In this document: in pieces, positions 47,210-59,296 of the stretch
How positions within the stretch are numbered: the stretch's first letter is position 1
Layout of the letters: every line of letters starts with the position of its first letter
IMG/VR virus record: IMGVR_UViG_3300029928_000001
Location: 1 to 64,000 of that record
Direction: 5' to 3' (one strand)
Source: a virus
Lineage: Duplodnaviria; Caudoviricetes
Length of the DNA stretch: 64,000 nucleotides
Translations under genes and position numbers: made by a program
Notes under the pieces: generated by a model
The model's database searches: none
Told to the model about the DNA's origin: nothing
Seen by the model: only the letters and a program-made list of their open reading frames with translations

Positions 47210-49827
47210 GTTCAAAATATGTTGATATTAGTGCTGTAATACAGGTAATTGGTAATGTATTTAATAATCCTAGCCTTTTGGAATTACAAGATAAATATAT
47301 AATTACTGACAATGATTTTTCTAATGAATTTCATAAAGTCGTTTTTGGTTCAATGTTTAAATTACATGAATTAGGAGTAACTGAATTTACTTTAGAGAAT
47401 ATTAATGACTTTTTAGCTACTCGTCCAAAATATGAAGCAGTTTATAAAAGTAATAAAGGTGATGAATGGATTTTAAAAGCTTCTGAAGCAGCAGTATCCA
47501 CAGCATTTGATTATTATTATCAAAGATTAAAAAAATTTTCTTTACTACGCGCTTTTGACAACTATGGAATAGATGTTTCTGATATATATGATGTTGATAA
47601 TATTTTAGACATAAAGAAAAAACAACTTCAAGAAGATTTATTAGATAATTCATCATTAGAACAAATAGCTAATAAAGTTGATTTAAAAATTGAAGAGATT
47701 AGAGCAACATATGTTAATGATGATTGCGGTGAAGCTAAACAGGCAGGCGAAGGAATTTTAGCCTTAATTGATAGATTTAAAGAATTTCCAGAAGCAGGAG
47801 TAGCGATGTATGGACCATTAATCAATACTGTTACTCGTGGAGCGAGATTGCGCAAGTTCTACCTCCGTTCCGCTCCAACCGGCGTAGGAAAATGTATTCC
47901 TGACTATACTATAATTCCAACTCCTATTGGAGATCGAAAAGTTAGCGATATAAAAGTTGGAGATGAATTATTTGATGGTTTTGGTAATCCGACTAAAGTA
48001 TTAGCTGTATATCCGCAAGGTGAAAAAGAAGTTTGGGAAGTTGAATTCAAAGATGGTCGTAAAGCTGAATGCTGTGAAGAGCATTTATGGAGTTATTGCA
48101 CAGTAGGTCAAAAAAAAGTTTCTAAAGAAAATCGTAAATTTTATACGAATACCCTAAAAGAAATTTCTAAAAAAGAATTATATAGAAAAAGTGATGGATA
48201 CCAAATATTAGTTCCAATGCAACAAGCTGTTCATTTTTCAAAGAAAGATTTTTCTATAGATCCTTATATTTTAGGATTAGCTTTAGGCGATGGAAGTTTT
48301 AGATATGATTCTAAGAATAAAGCTTTTATGTTTAGTTCTGCTGACGAAGAATTAGTTAATTCTTTTGAAACAATTATGGGCTGGTCTAGTAAAAAATATT
48401 CAAATCATTCATTTTATAGCTGGTATTTTGAAGATTTAAATAATTCATCGCATAAAAATGTTTGGGTTGAAGAATTTTTAAAAGATTATCCTAAATTATG
48501 GAATGTAAAATCAGAAGATAAATTTATTCCACAAGAATATTTTATGGGATCAATAGAGCAAAGATTAGACTTATTAAATGGTTTATTAGATACTGACGGT
48601 TCTATTGATAAAGAAAAAGGACGAATTAGTTTTTATACAGTTAGTAATCAACTTAAAGAAGATGTAATTAAATTAAGTTTAAGTCTAGGGTTTAAAGCAA
48701 CTTATTTGATTGATGATCATAAAGATACATTACCTGTTTTTAAAATTGAAATAACCGGTAAACCAGAAGATAAAGTTAAATTATTTAAATTATCTCGAAA
48801 AAAAGAAATAATTTTAAATTGGTTTAATAATGGAAAAAGAAAAGAAAATAATTTATTTAATCCAATTGTTAAAATTACTAAAACTAATAAAAAAACTCCT
48901 ATGACTTGTTTTTATGTAGATAATGATGAACATTTATTTTTAATGAATGACTATATCGTAACTCATAATACCAGAACAATGATTGCTGATATATGTTATA
49001 TTGCTTGCGAAAAAATTTATGATGAACAATTTGGATGGATTGGTAGTGGACCTGCGCAACCATGTTTATATATTACCACAGAGCAAGACTTAGAAGAAAT
49101 TCAAACTATGATGTTGGCATTTATTTCTAATGTTAATGAAGATCATATTATTTATAACGAATATGAAGATGGCGAAGAAGAACGTGTTCGTATGGCGGCA
49201 GAAATGATTGCCGCAGCTCCTTTATATATTGAAGAATTACCAGACTTTTCATTACAAGATGTTGAAGACAAAATTAAAAAGAATATTAGAGAACATGAAA
49301 TTAAATATTGTTTCCATGACTATATCCATACTAGTCTAAAGATTCTAGAAGAAATAACTAGACGTAGTGGAGGAGTAAGGCTAAGAGAAGATAATGTTTT
49401 ATTTATGTTATCCACAAGATTAAAAGATATTTGTAATAAATATGGCGTTTTTATTATGTCGGCTACTCAATTAAGTGGAGATTATGTCGATTCAAAAACT
49501 CCTGACCAGAATCTTTTAAGGGGGGCGAAGGCAATTGCTGATAAAATTGACTTTGGCTCAATTTTATTACCAGTTAAAGATGAGGATTTAGTATCACTTG
49601 AACCAGTGCTTGCGGCAAATGTATATGAAAAACCAAACTTAAAGTTATCTATTTATAAAAACCGTAGAGGAAAATATAAAGGAATTTATTTGTGGTGTAG
49701 AGCTAATTTAGGAACTTGTAGAGTAAAGCCTATGTTTGCTACTGGATATGATTATGGTTTAATTGAAATGGATGATATAAAAATTACTTTAAAAGAACCT
49801 TCGGCTTTTGAGGATGATGAAGAATGA
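47206..49827 (+). CDS. dnaB: DnaB-like replicative helicase with intein
   Basis: APTGVGK|T Walker A, ITTE, DYIH, ATQL, KNRRG. Confidence 0.88.
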   Translation: MSSKYVDISAVIQVIGNVFNNPSLLELQDKYIITDNDFSNEFHKVVFGSMFKLHELGVTEFTLENINDFLATRPKYEAVYKSNKGDEWILKASEAAVSTAFDYYYQRLKKFSLLRAFDNYGIDVSDIYDVDNILDIKKKQLQEDLLDNSSLEQIANKVDLKIEEIRATYVNDDCGEAKQAGEGILALIDRFKEFPEAGVAMYGPLINTVTRGARLRKFYLRSAPTGVGKCIPDYTIIPTPIGDRKVSDIKVGDELFDGFGNPTKVLAVYPQGEKEVWEVEFKDGRKAECCEEHLWSYCTVGQKKVSKENRKFYTNTLKEISKKELYRKSDGYQILVPMQQAVHFSKKDFSIDPYILGLALGDGSFRYDSKNKAFMFSSADEELVNSFETIMGWSSKKYSNHSFYSWYFEDLNNSSHKNVWVEEFLKDYPKLWNVKSEDKFIPQEYFMGSIEQRLDLLNGLLDTDGSIDKEKGRISFYTVSNQLKEDVIKLSLSLGFKATYLIDDHKDTLPVFKIEITGKPEDKVKLFKLSRKKEIILNWFNNGKRKENNLFNPIVKITKTNKKTPMTCFYVDNDEHLFLMNDYIVTHNTRTMIADICYIACEKIYDEQFGWIGSGPAQPCLYITTEQDLEEIQTMMLAFISNVNEDHIIYNEYEDGEEERVRMAAEMIAAAPLYIEELPDFSLQDVEDKIKKNIREHEIKYCFHDYIHTSLKILEEITRRSGGVRLREDNVLFMLSTRLKDICNKYGVFIMSATQLSGDYVDSKTPDQNLLRGAKAIADKIDFGSILLPVKDEDLVSLEPVLAANVYEKPNLKLSIYKNRRGKYKGIYLWCRANLGTCRVKPMFATGYDYGLIEMDDIKITLKEPSAFEDDEE
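47893..48969 (+). mobile_element. Intein with LAGLIDADG domain in DnaB Walker A
   Basis: CIPDY...THN|T; LGLALGDG, LNGLLDTDG. Confidence 0.92.
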
Positions 49828-50933
49828 TTAATTATGATAAAGATTTCATAAAAGAACAAATTACAGACGAAAATGTTTTTAATCTTCTCCAAGATTTTGG
49901 TGGCAATCCAATAGACAATGGTAAAGCAATAGTTTCTGACACGATATGCCACAATGAACCAGGCGTAGGGAGCCATAAGCTTTACTATTATAAAGCTAAT
50001 AAAATGCTTTATTGTTATACTGGTTGTGATGAACCAAGTTTTGATATATTTGAATTAACTCGTAAAGTTTTTCGTATTCAAAAGAATAAAGAATTAGATT
50101 TCAATGATGCAATACGCTGGGTCGCGCAAAAATTAAATATCATTGTTCAATTAGACAATATTGATCCAGAAGATGATATATTAGAAGATTGGCATTATTT
50201 AGATAATTATAATCGCATTCAAGAAATTGAATTATCTACAAATAATGTTTTATTAAAAGAATATGATAAAAATATTTTAAAACGATTTAATTATAATATT
50301 GCGCTTACTCCTTGGCTGCGCGAAGGCATATCCCAAAAAGTAATGCAAGATAATCAAATAGGATATTATCCTGGTGAAGAACAAATTACGATACCACATT
50401 TCGATATTAATAATAAACTTATAGGCATTAGAGGCCGTTCATTAGTAGAAGATGAAGCAAATAAATATGGTAAGTATAGACCTTTAAAAATAAATGGAGA
50501 ATTATATAATCATCCATTAAGTATGAATTTATATAATTTAAATAACTCTAAAGAAAATATACAAATTATGAAAACAGCTATTTTATATGAATCAGAAAAA
50601 AGCTGTTTAAAATATCAAAGTTTTTTTGGGCAAGAAAATGATATATCAGTAGCTGTTTGCGGCTCTGCCGTTTCAGAATTTCAAATTCATTTATTAATAC
50701 AAAGTGGGGTAAGGGAAATTGTTTTAGCTTTTGATAGAGACTTTGAAGAATTGGGTGATGATCGTTTTAAACGATTAAAAAATAAAGTTTCTAATTTATC
50801 AAAAAAATATAGTAATGATGTGATTATAAGTATTATATGGGATAAGGAAAAAATTACAGGTTTAAAATCAAGCCCAATTGATGAAGGACCAGAGAAATTT
50901 TTACAATTATTTAAAGAAAGAATTATTTTATAA
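49824..50933 (+). CDS. DNA primase
   Basis: Zn-binding CHN...CYTGC, IPHF...GIRGR, TOPRIM E and FDRD. Confidence 0.82.
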   Translation: MINYDKDFIKEQITDENVFNLLQDFGGNPIDNGKAIVSDTICHNEPGVGSHKLYYYKANKMLYCYTGCDEPSFDIFELTRKVFRIQKNKELDFNDAIRWVAQKLNIIVQLDNIDPEDDILEDWHYLDNYNRIQEIELSTNNVLLKEYDKNILKRFNYNIALTPWLREGISQKVMQDNQIGYYPGEEQITIPHFDINNKLIGIRGRSLVEDEANKYGKYRPLKINGELYNHPLSMNLYNLNNSKENIQIMKTAILYESEKSCLKYQSFFGQENDISVAVCGSAVSEFQIHLLIQSGVREIVLAFDRDFEELGDDRFKRLKNKVSNLSKKYSNDVIISIIWDKEKITGLKSSPIDEGPEKFLQLFKERIIL

Positions 50934-50987
50934 CAATTTTAATTAAAAAATAATAAATAAAAATTAAATAAAAAAGGAGAATGAAAA

Positions 50988-52754
50988 ATGCGATATGAAT
51001 TAATATCTTAGAATTCTTCTTTATCTCCAATAGAACAAATATTAACTAATAGAGGAATTAAATTAGAAGATATAAATCATTATTTAAATACGACAGATAA
51101 TGACATTTTAGAACCTAAGTTGTTAATGAATGTGCATGAAGGAGCTAAAATGTTATTTTCTCATATAGCGCAAAAAGATACGATATATATGATAGTGGAT
51201 CCGGATGTAGATGGTTATACGTCGGCAGCATTATTTATTAATTATCTAAATGCGCAGTTTCCTGGATATGCTCAAAACTATATTTATTATACAATGCATG
51301 ACGGGAAACAACATGGATTAATTGAATCAGATATTAATGATGTATTAGAACATAATGCAAAATTAGTAATTATGATTGATTCATCCAGTAATGATTATGA
51401 TTTACATAAGCGATTAAAAGATAAAGACATTGACATATTAGTTATTGACCATCATGAGGCTGACCAAGTGTCTCAAAATGCTTGTGTAATTAATAATCAA
51501 TTATGTGATTACCCAACGAAATCATTATCAGGAGTAGGAGTAGCTTATAAATTTTGCTCTTACTTAGATGAATTGATTGGAGAATCTCATGCTCATGAGT
51601 TTGAGGATCTCGTAGCCGTTGGCGTAATCTCGGATATGATGGAGTTGCGTGATTTTGAAACAAGGCAATTGGTTACGCGAGGCCTTAACAATTTGCGCAA
51701 TCCTTACATTAAAGAGATTCGTGAACGCAATGCCTATTCAATAGACAGAGCAGGAGGATTAAATCCCTTTAGTGTAAGCTTTTTTATTGCGCCTTATGTC
51801 AATGCTACCATCCGTATTGGCTCGCAGCAAGAAAAGCTCATACTGTTCGAGTCGATGCTTGACTATCGGGGATATGAGCTTATCCCTTCAACCAAACGAG
51901 GATGTAAGGGTCAAGTAGAGACAAGAGTAGAACAGGCTTGTAGAAATTGCAACAACTTAAAAAATAAGCAAACTAAAGCAAGAGACGCAAGTCTGGACGC
52001 GATTAAATTCGTAATTGAAGACCAAAATCTTTTAAAGCATAAAGTATTAGCTATTCGACTCCCAAAAGAATTGGAAACGGAAGAAAATTTAACTGGTTTA
52101 ATAGCTAATGAATTAGCTTCTGAATATCAAAGACCTATTTTATTGTTAAATGAAAAATATGATGAAAATGGTGAATTGGTATGGAGAGGCTCAGGACGTA
52201 ATTATGCTAATTCACAAATTGAGAATCTGCGCGAGTGGCTTCTGAGCTCGCAACTCGTTGATTATGCGCAGGGCCATGGCAACGCTTTCGGCATTTCCAT
52301 ATACGATAGTGAATTTAATGATTTCATCTCTTGGAGTGATAATCAATTAAAAGATTTTGATTTTTCACCTTGTTATAAAGTAGATTTTATTTTCCAGGGA
52401 GCTGATTTTAAAGGCAGTGATATTTTAAAAATTGCTGAATTAAAATCGATCTGGGGAAGAGGTGTTGAAGAAGCGCTAATAGCGATAGAAAATATACATG
52501 TAAATATAAGCAATATTCAATTATTGTCAAAAGATAGAAATCCAACACTTAAAATTACTTTAAACAATGGAGTCGATTTGTTGAAGTTCAGGTCGTCTGA
52601 GGAAGAATTTGAAAAATTAACAAGTTCTGACTTAGGTTGTGTAAACATTAATGTGGTTGGCAAATGCGATCGCAATGAATGGAATGGGCGGATTACACCG
52701 CAAATTCATGTTGAAGAGTACGAAATTGTAGGGGTTAAAAAGTATTACTTCTAA
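50988..52754 (+). CDS. recJ: RecJ-like ssDNA exonuclease (TAG at codon 8)
   Basis: IL.NRG N-terminus, DPDVDG, IDHH, GSGR, GH..AFG. Confidence 0.88.
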
Positions 52755-52797
52755 ATATACACATCCGGCCTAATATGATTATGTTAGGAGGACATAT

Positions 52798-53598
52798 ATG
52801 AAAAAGATAATAAGTATTATATTAGCTGTTGCTGTCGGCGTTTCAATTATGATATATTCGCCAGCTTATGCTGATACACTTACAACTTCGGAAGATTACA
52901 TCCCTTCTGAAACCTTAATTCAAGGTAATATTACAGTGGTATCGGAAGAACGCGTACTTACCGATAATAAAGCAGAAGTTAAAAAACTTATGAAAAGCTG
53001 TAAAGAAAAAATGAATGCTGCTAAAAAAATGAAAAAAGCAGGTTATGATTTAGATTATGACGATAATCATGTCATTATTAAAACTGCTAAAAAAGAATGG
53101 TCAAATGCCAAAGCAGATTATGAGCATTATAAACAATTATATGATGAACTGTGTTGGCAAGAAAAAGTGGATAAATATCCTGTAGCGGCAGAAATTTGGT
53201 CATATTTAAAAGCGCAAGGTTATAATGACTATGTTTGTGCGGGAATACTTGGTAATATTATGACTGAAGTAGGGGGTCAAACACTCAATATTAAATATTG
53301 GACTTCTGGCAATGGATACTATGGTATGTGTCAATGGAGTGTCAAATATTTTCCTGGAGTGCTTGGCGCAGATTTAAAAGGACAATGTAAATTTTTAAGT
53401 CGTAATATAGAAAAGGCTTTTAATTCTTGGGGCTATCTATATTCTTCTGGCTTTGATTATAATTCATTTTGTAAATTAAAAAATGAAAAAGATGTAGCAT
53501 ATGCGTTTGCAAGATGTTATGAACGCTGTTCAAGTGCTTCTTATAGTCAAAGACAAGCTAACGCTACTAAAGCGTATAAATATTTTAAGGGGGCATAA
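52798..53598 (+). CDS. Secreted phage-tail-lysozyme-like muralytic protein
   Basis: Signal peptide; AGILGNIMTE, YGMCQW, YER. Confidence 0.7.
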   Translation: MKKIISIILAVAVGVSIMIYSPAYADTLTTSEDYIPSETLIQGNITVVSEERVLTDNKAEVKKLMKSCKEKMNAAKKMKKAGYDLDYDDNHVIIKTAKKEWSNAKADYEHYKQLYDELCWQEKVDKYPVAAEIWSYLKAQGYNDYVCAGILGNIMTEVGGQTLNIKYWTSGNGYYGMCQWSVKYFPGVLGADLKGQCKFLSRNIEKAFNSWGYLYSSGFDYNSFCKLKNEKDVAYAFARCYERCSSASYSQRQANATKAYKYFKGA

Positions 53599-53773
53599 GC
53601 CCCCTTATTTTTATTTGGTTTTTGAAGCTTGGTTCGATGACGAAGGTATGATATCGTAAAACCGAAATAAAAAAGCCGCTACGATTTTTTGAACCAAATA
53701 GGGCAATTTTGACTTTTCATATAAAATTTGATATAATATATATAGAAGAAATAGATAGAAAGGAAATGTGAAG

Positions 53774-54076
53774 ATGAAAAAGAAATTAGATATCTTAACC
53801 AATAATGGAAAAACATATCTTGAAATAAATAGTTTAAATGAAATGATAAAAGAATATACTGAATTACAAAAACATTGTAATGGATATGCTTATGATAGCT
53901 TAGTATATAGATATCAATTTGTAAGAATGAAATTGGCTCAATATGATGCTGAAGAATATTTAATGATGAATGGCGGTTCTCGTATAGAAGCTCGAGCAAA
54001 AGCAAATGATTTAGCTCAAAGAGATATAATGCGTTTTGGACAAATTTTAGACGAAGTAATGAAGGAGCATGATTAA
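53774..54076 (+). CDS. Hypothetical protein
   Basis: Promoter + AAAGGA RBS. Confidence 0.55.
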   Translation: MKKKLDILTNNGKTYLEINSLNEMIKEYTELQKHCNGYAYDSLVYRYQFVRMKLAQYDAEEYLMMNGGSRIEARAKANDLAQRDIMRFGQILDEVMKEHD

Positions 54077-54270
54077 TGATAGTTTGTGATAAATGTAGAG
54101 AAGAGAAAAAATTAACAAAATATATAATACCAAAAGAAGATTGGACAGGATGGAATGTTGAATATCGAGGTCAAATTTTAAAAAGTTTTACAGAATATAA
54201 AGTTCTTCCAACAGAAATAGAATTATGTAATGAATGCGCAACCGAGGTGGCAAGAAAAATATGGAATTAA
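54076..54270 (+). CDS. Small Zn-ribbon protein
   Basis: CDKC...CNEC, AAGGAG RBS. Confidence 0.55.
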   Translation: MIVCDKCREEKKLTKYIIPKEDWTGWNVEYRGQILKSFTEYKVLPTEIELCNECATEVARKIWN

Positions 54271-57200
54271 CTATACGTCAGCAAGAAGGATTGCGCATTG
54301 CGGTTGAGCGATACCATAATAGAGAACCTTATACCGTAATTAGCGGTTATGCGGGTGCGGGCAAGGCGCAACCAATAGAAACAATTATACCGACTCCAAA
54401 CGGAAAAAAGAAAATAGGAGAATTAAAAATAGGTGATTATGTTTTTGATCGTTTGGGTAAACCAACTAAAGTTTTAGGCATATATCCGCAAGGAAAAAGA
54501 AAAAAATATGAAATTACTTTAGCTGATGGACGAAAAACTATTTGTGCTGATGATCATTTATGGAGTTACTATACCAGTCGAGGTAATTTAAATACAAAAA
54601 CAACACAAGAAATGTTAAATAGTGGCTTAAGAAATTCTAGTGGATTTAAATATAAAATTCCAAATAATCAAGCTGTAGAATATCCTAAGCAAGAATTTAT
54701 TATTGATCCTTATATGATGGGAGTATTTTTAGGTGATGGATGTTGCAAAGAAAGATATTTAACGCTATCTTCTGAAACTGATGAAATTCCTAAAAATATT
54801 GGAGAAATAATTGGTGCAATTCCTTATAAAAGTTCTATAAATAATTATAGTTGGACATTTGAATGGATTGAACATACGGAAACAGTTAAATGGAATAATT
54901 CTAATAGAATAGAAGAGCGAAAAAAACCAAAAACAATAGATTATTTTCAACCATATGAAAAATATTTGTTATGTTATGCTCAAGAAAAAGATATACCTCC
55001 AGAGTATAAATTAGGAAGTATACAACAAAGATTAGAATTAATCCAAGGCCTCTTAGATACAGATGGCTCAATTAGTCAACATGATCAAAATCGTTTCAAT
55101 ATAAGATTTACTTCGACAAGTATTAAACTAGTTCAAAGTTTACAAGAAATTTTATATAGTTTAGGATATGCATCTACAATAACTGAAGATAATCGTAATG
55201 AAAAATATACAAATGAAATCTGCTATGGGTTAAATATTAATATTCCAAATGAAGAAAAATATAAATTATTTCGCTTAAAGAGAAAAAAAGATATAGCGGA
55301 AAAAGCCAAAGAATTTCATAAACATAAAGATTATAATAAAATTTCTATTATTGATATTCAACCTTTACAAGAAGAAGCAGAAATGGTTTGTATTTATGTA
55401 GAAAATGATGAACATTTATATTTAACTAATGATTATATAGTAACGCATAATACTACACTTGTAAAATTCATCATAGCAGCTCTTGACCTTAATCCGGAGA
55501 AAGATGTTGCTTATGTGGCATTCACAGGCAAAGCGGCCACGGTCCTCTCAAAGAAAGGTAATCCAAACGCTATGACAGCGCATAAGCTTCTTTATACTGC
55601 TCGTCAAAAATCCGATGGAACTTTTTTCTTTATTCCTAATCCTCCGGGTTCTTTAGAATATAAAGTCATAGTATTAGATGAATGTTCTATGCTCCCAAAA
55701 GGTATGTGGGATAGGCTACTCAGCCATGGAGTTTACGTGATAGCCTGCGGAGATCCGGCTTAACTAGGAGGAAATGGGTCGGATTTAAAAAAATTGGTTT
55801 AATTGCGGGGATATCCTTAGAGGTTGCTCATACCAACTTAAAATAGTGATATTTTAAGGGCGAAAAGTAATGTTGGAGATATAGGTAAAAATTGGGCGAC
55901 ATTGGACAACCCGCAGCTAAGTTTCTTTAAATATTTATGAAATTAAAAGAAAGGATAAAAATATGAATGGGAAAAAGAAAAACACAAGAGCAATTTGAAC
56001 AAGATGTATTTGAGCGCTTAGGCGAAAATTATGAATTATTGAGTCCATATCCTGGCGCTCATGGAAAAGTGTTAATGAAGCATTTTATCTGTGGAAATAC
56101 TTTTCAAAAAAATGTTCATGATATTATTAGTAAACGAAGTGGATGTCCATATTGTAATGGAGCAAAACCGGCTTTGTATAATGAAAAATGGGTGAAAGAT
56201 AATACACCTGAACCATATGAATATCGTTCAGGATATAGTAAAATGAAAGAAAAATGTATATTTTATTGCAAAAAATGCAATAGCGAATTTGAACAATCTC
56301 CTAGTAGATTAATTAATGAACATATTTATGGATGTAATTGTTGTCCAACAAAAAAATGGTCTAATGAAGAATTTTTATCACAATTAGGCGAGACTTGTTT
56401 AAATGAGTATGAAGTTTTGGAAGAATATATTACAACTGATACTCCAATTCGTTTTAAGCATAAAAAATGTGATACAACATTTTCTTTATCTCCTTATAGA
56501 TTTATTTATCGACATAATAAAAAATATTGCCCAATTTGTTATTATAAAAAATCTCAAGGAGAAGTAATAATTACTACTTTTTTAAAGAATAATAATATAG
56601 ATTATCAAAAAGAATTTATATTTTCTGACTTACCACAAAGACGTTTTGATTTCTTTTTGCCAGAAGAACAAATAGCTATTGAATTTGATGGTAAACAACA
56701 TTTTGAATATATCCCATTTTTACATAATAATAACATTGAAAATTTTTATTTAACTCAACAAAGAGATCAAGAAAAAAATGATTTTTGTTTATTAAATAAT
56801 ATTAAATTATTTAGATTTTCTTATATAGATTTAGATAATTTAGAAGAAATACTCCAACAAATATTTAAAGAAAAAAGTTCAACGACTATCGAAAAATATT
56901 TAGTAAAAAATATGAAGTAGAGTAGAGAATAAGCTAATGATTCTCGAAACAGCCAACATAGAAGATATAGTCTGTTCTTATAAGAAATTATAAGCCCTAT
57001 GGGGAAAAGAGTTGCGTCTTTTCCTAAACAATATAAACAATTACCTCCAATTAATCCCGAAGACGACAACCATGCGCTCGACAAACCGCATATTTTCCTT
57101 GATGAAATTATGCGTCAAGCGCAAGATAGTGAAATTATTAGATTATCTATGTGGGTGCGTGAAGGGCATGATATAAAAGATTTTAACTGTTCAAATAAAC

Positions 57201-57817
57201 AAGTAAAAATTCTTTCAAAAAATGAATTAGTGTCAGGTGTATATAGCTGGGCTGATCAAATTCTTTGCGCTACTAATGCGACTCGCAATAATATTAATGC
57301 TTTAATGCGTCAGTATAAAGGTTTTGGATCTACACCTGAAGTAGGAGATAAAATTGTATCTTTATCTAATCATTGGGAGTATTTATCTAAAAATAAAACG
57401 AATATTCTTACAAATGGTTCTATTGGATATATTACTAATTTTAAAATAAAAAAAGAATATTTTCCTCGATACATTACTTCTGAGCCAATAGATTATATGT
57501 ATACAACTATGAAATTGGAAGATGAAGAAGATTATTTTTGTAATATGCCTATTGATTATAACACTTTATTAAATAATCAAAAATCTTTAACATTAAGACA
57601 AAGTGCGCAGATTAAGAAAAGTAAACAAGTGTTTATTGATCCGCCTTATGATTTCGCTTATGCGTACGCGATGACCTATTGGAAAGCCCAAGGTAGTGAA
57701 TGGAATAAAGTTTTAGTAATGGAAGAAAATTTTCCTTATGATAAAATAGAACATCGACGAGCAATGTATACAGCTTGTACAAGAGCTTCTGAAAAATTAG
57801 TATTAATTTTAAATTAA
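54261..57817 (+). CDS. RecD/Dda-like SF1 helicase with intein and intron; exons 54261-55760, 57038-57817
   Basis: GYAGAGK|TT, AFTGKAA, DECSM, GDPA|QLPP, RQ, KAQGSEW, YTACTRA. Confidence 0.85.
54366..55451 (+). mobile_element. Ala-initiated (class 3-type) intein with LAGLIDADG domain
   Basis: AQPIET...DHLW...VCIYV...VTHN|T. Confidence 0.9.
55761..57037 (+). mobile_element. Group I intron in helicase gene, apparently ending in A
   Basis: P1 GATCCGGCT/GGTCGGATT, P AATTGCGGG, Q AACCCGCAGC, P7 GACTA/TAGTC. Confidence 0.8.
55967..56932 (+). CDS. Intron-encoded Zn-ribbon + Vsr/DUF559-like endonuclease
   Basis: H..C...GCPYC repeats; RFDFF...IEFDGKQH; terminal TAG read through to TAA. Confidence 0.78.
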
Positions 57818-57888
57818 CACCGGTCATAAATATATGAAATACTGCTCATAAAATTCATATATAATAGAAAATAAAAAAGGAGGTATTT

Positions 57889-58671
57889 ATGAGTAAATTA
57901 ATTGATTTAACCGGTCAAGATTTTGGCTATTGGCATGTAATAGAACGAGCAGAAAATAGAGCTAATGGCAGAGCTTATTGGAAATGTAAATGCACCGCTT
58001 GTGGAACAATTAAAGATGTTTGTGGAAGTCATTTACGAGCGGGCCATACTACCAATTGTGGTTGTATTCGTATGGAAAAAATACGGCAAGCCAATATTAA
58101 ACATGAAGAAGGTAAAACTTATGGTTTCCTTTACGTAAATCGCATTGCTACAAAAGAAGAGAAACCTCAAAATAATAGAGCAGGAATCTATTGGAATTGT
58201 ACTTGTACAAAATGCGGAAGAGAAAATATTATTGTATTAGGTGATTATTTAAGAAATGGCGATACTAAAAGTTGTGGTTGTTTGAATAGCTTTAATGAAA
58301 GCAAAATTTGTCAAATTTTAGATAATATGAATATACAATATAAACAACAAATTAGCTTTAAGGAATTAAGTAGTAATTTATCTTTTGATATTGGTATTTA
58401 CAATAATAATATTTTACTTTATATAATTGAATATGATGGAATTCAACATTTTGAAATTGGACATTTTAAAGACACTTATTATAAAACGCATGATAATGAT
58501 TTAATAAAAAATAAATATTGTTTTGATTATCATATTCCATTAATTAGAATACCTTATATTTATGAAAATAAATATACAATTCAAGATTTACAATTAACGA
58601 CTACTCGATTTTTACTTACGCCTGAAAATGAGAAAGAATATTATGAAAAATATAGTAACAATAGATTTTGA
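57889..58671 (+). CDS. Free-standing homing endonuclease, paralogous to 39256
   Basis: W.C.C..C...SCGC repeats; FD...IEYDGIQH. Confidence 0.78.
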   Translation: MSKLIDLTGQDFGYWHVIERAENRANGRAYWKCKCTACGTIKDVCGSHLRAGHTTNCGCIRMEKIRQANIKHEEGKTYGFLYVNRIATKEEKPQNNRAGIYWNCTCTKCGRENIIVLGDYLRNGDTKSCGCLNSFNESKICQILDNMNIQYKQQISFKELSSNLSFDIGIYNNNILLYIIEYDGIQHFEIGHFKDTYYKTHDNDLIKNKYCFDYHIPLIRIPYIYENKYTIQDLQLTTTRFLLTPENEKEYYEKYSNNRF

Positions 58672-59296
58672 TATAATCATGGCGCCATGCATTCAATTAT
58701 ATAATAATATGGTGCCAAATTTCTCTTGGGATGACTTAAAGCGCAGTTTTCCTTAGATGCAATTATTAAATGCTGATTTAATTCATTATCAACGATTAAC
58801 CAAATGGTTATATGAAATTATTAAAAAAATATCAAAAGAAAATATAATTTTTATAGAAAATCATGCTGCTATTAATAAATATTTACCAAGAGAAAAAATG
58901 AATGTTTATAATATAGACCATCATCATGATTGCGGCTATGGTTTAAAAACAGAAGAATCTGAAAGTTTAAATTGTGGAAATTGGGTATATGACATATCGC
59001 GACATGGTTTTTTAAATACATATACTTGGATAAAAAATATTAGTTCTAGTCAAGAAAAAGAAAAATATGAAGGATTAATCAATTATCAATTTGATTTATT
59101 AGATTATGATTTAGAAAAATTACCTAAGCCTGATTTACTTATTCTTTGTTTGTCAGAGCCATGGACGCCTCCAGAGTATCGACCATTATTTTATTTATGG
59201 AAAGATTTATTAGAACGGTATTATCAAACTGAATTTACAATGGATTATCAAATTGATTTTAATAAAGAGGATTATTATGGGACTTTATACAACTAA
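58643..59296 (+). CDS. Arginase/UPF0489-like metal-binding protein (TAG=Gln)
   Basis: TIDFD restored by reading TAG 58754; NIDHHHD, LNCGNW, CLS.PW.P. Confidence 0.6.

Noticed and set aside
53600-53700. GGTTCGA-containing intergenic stretch and minus-strand ORFs 53611/53679
   Set aside because: No cloverleaf; the ORFs overlap a + strand promoter and gene
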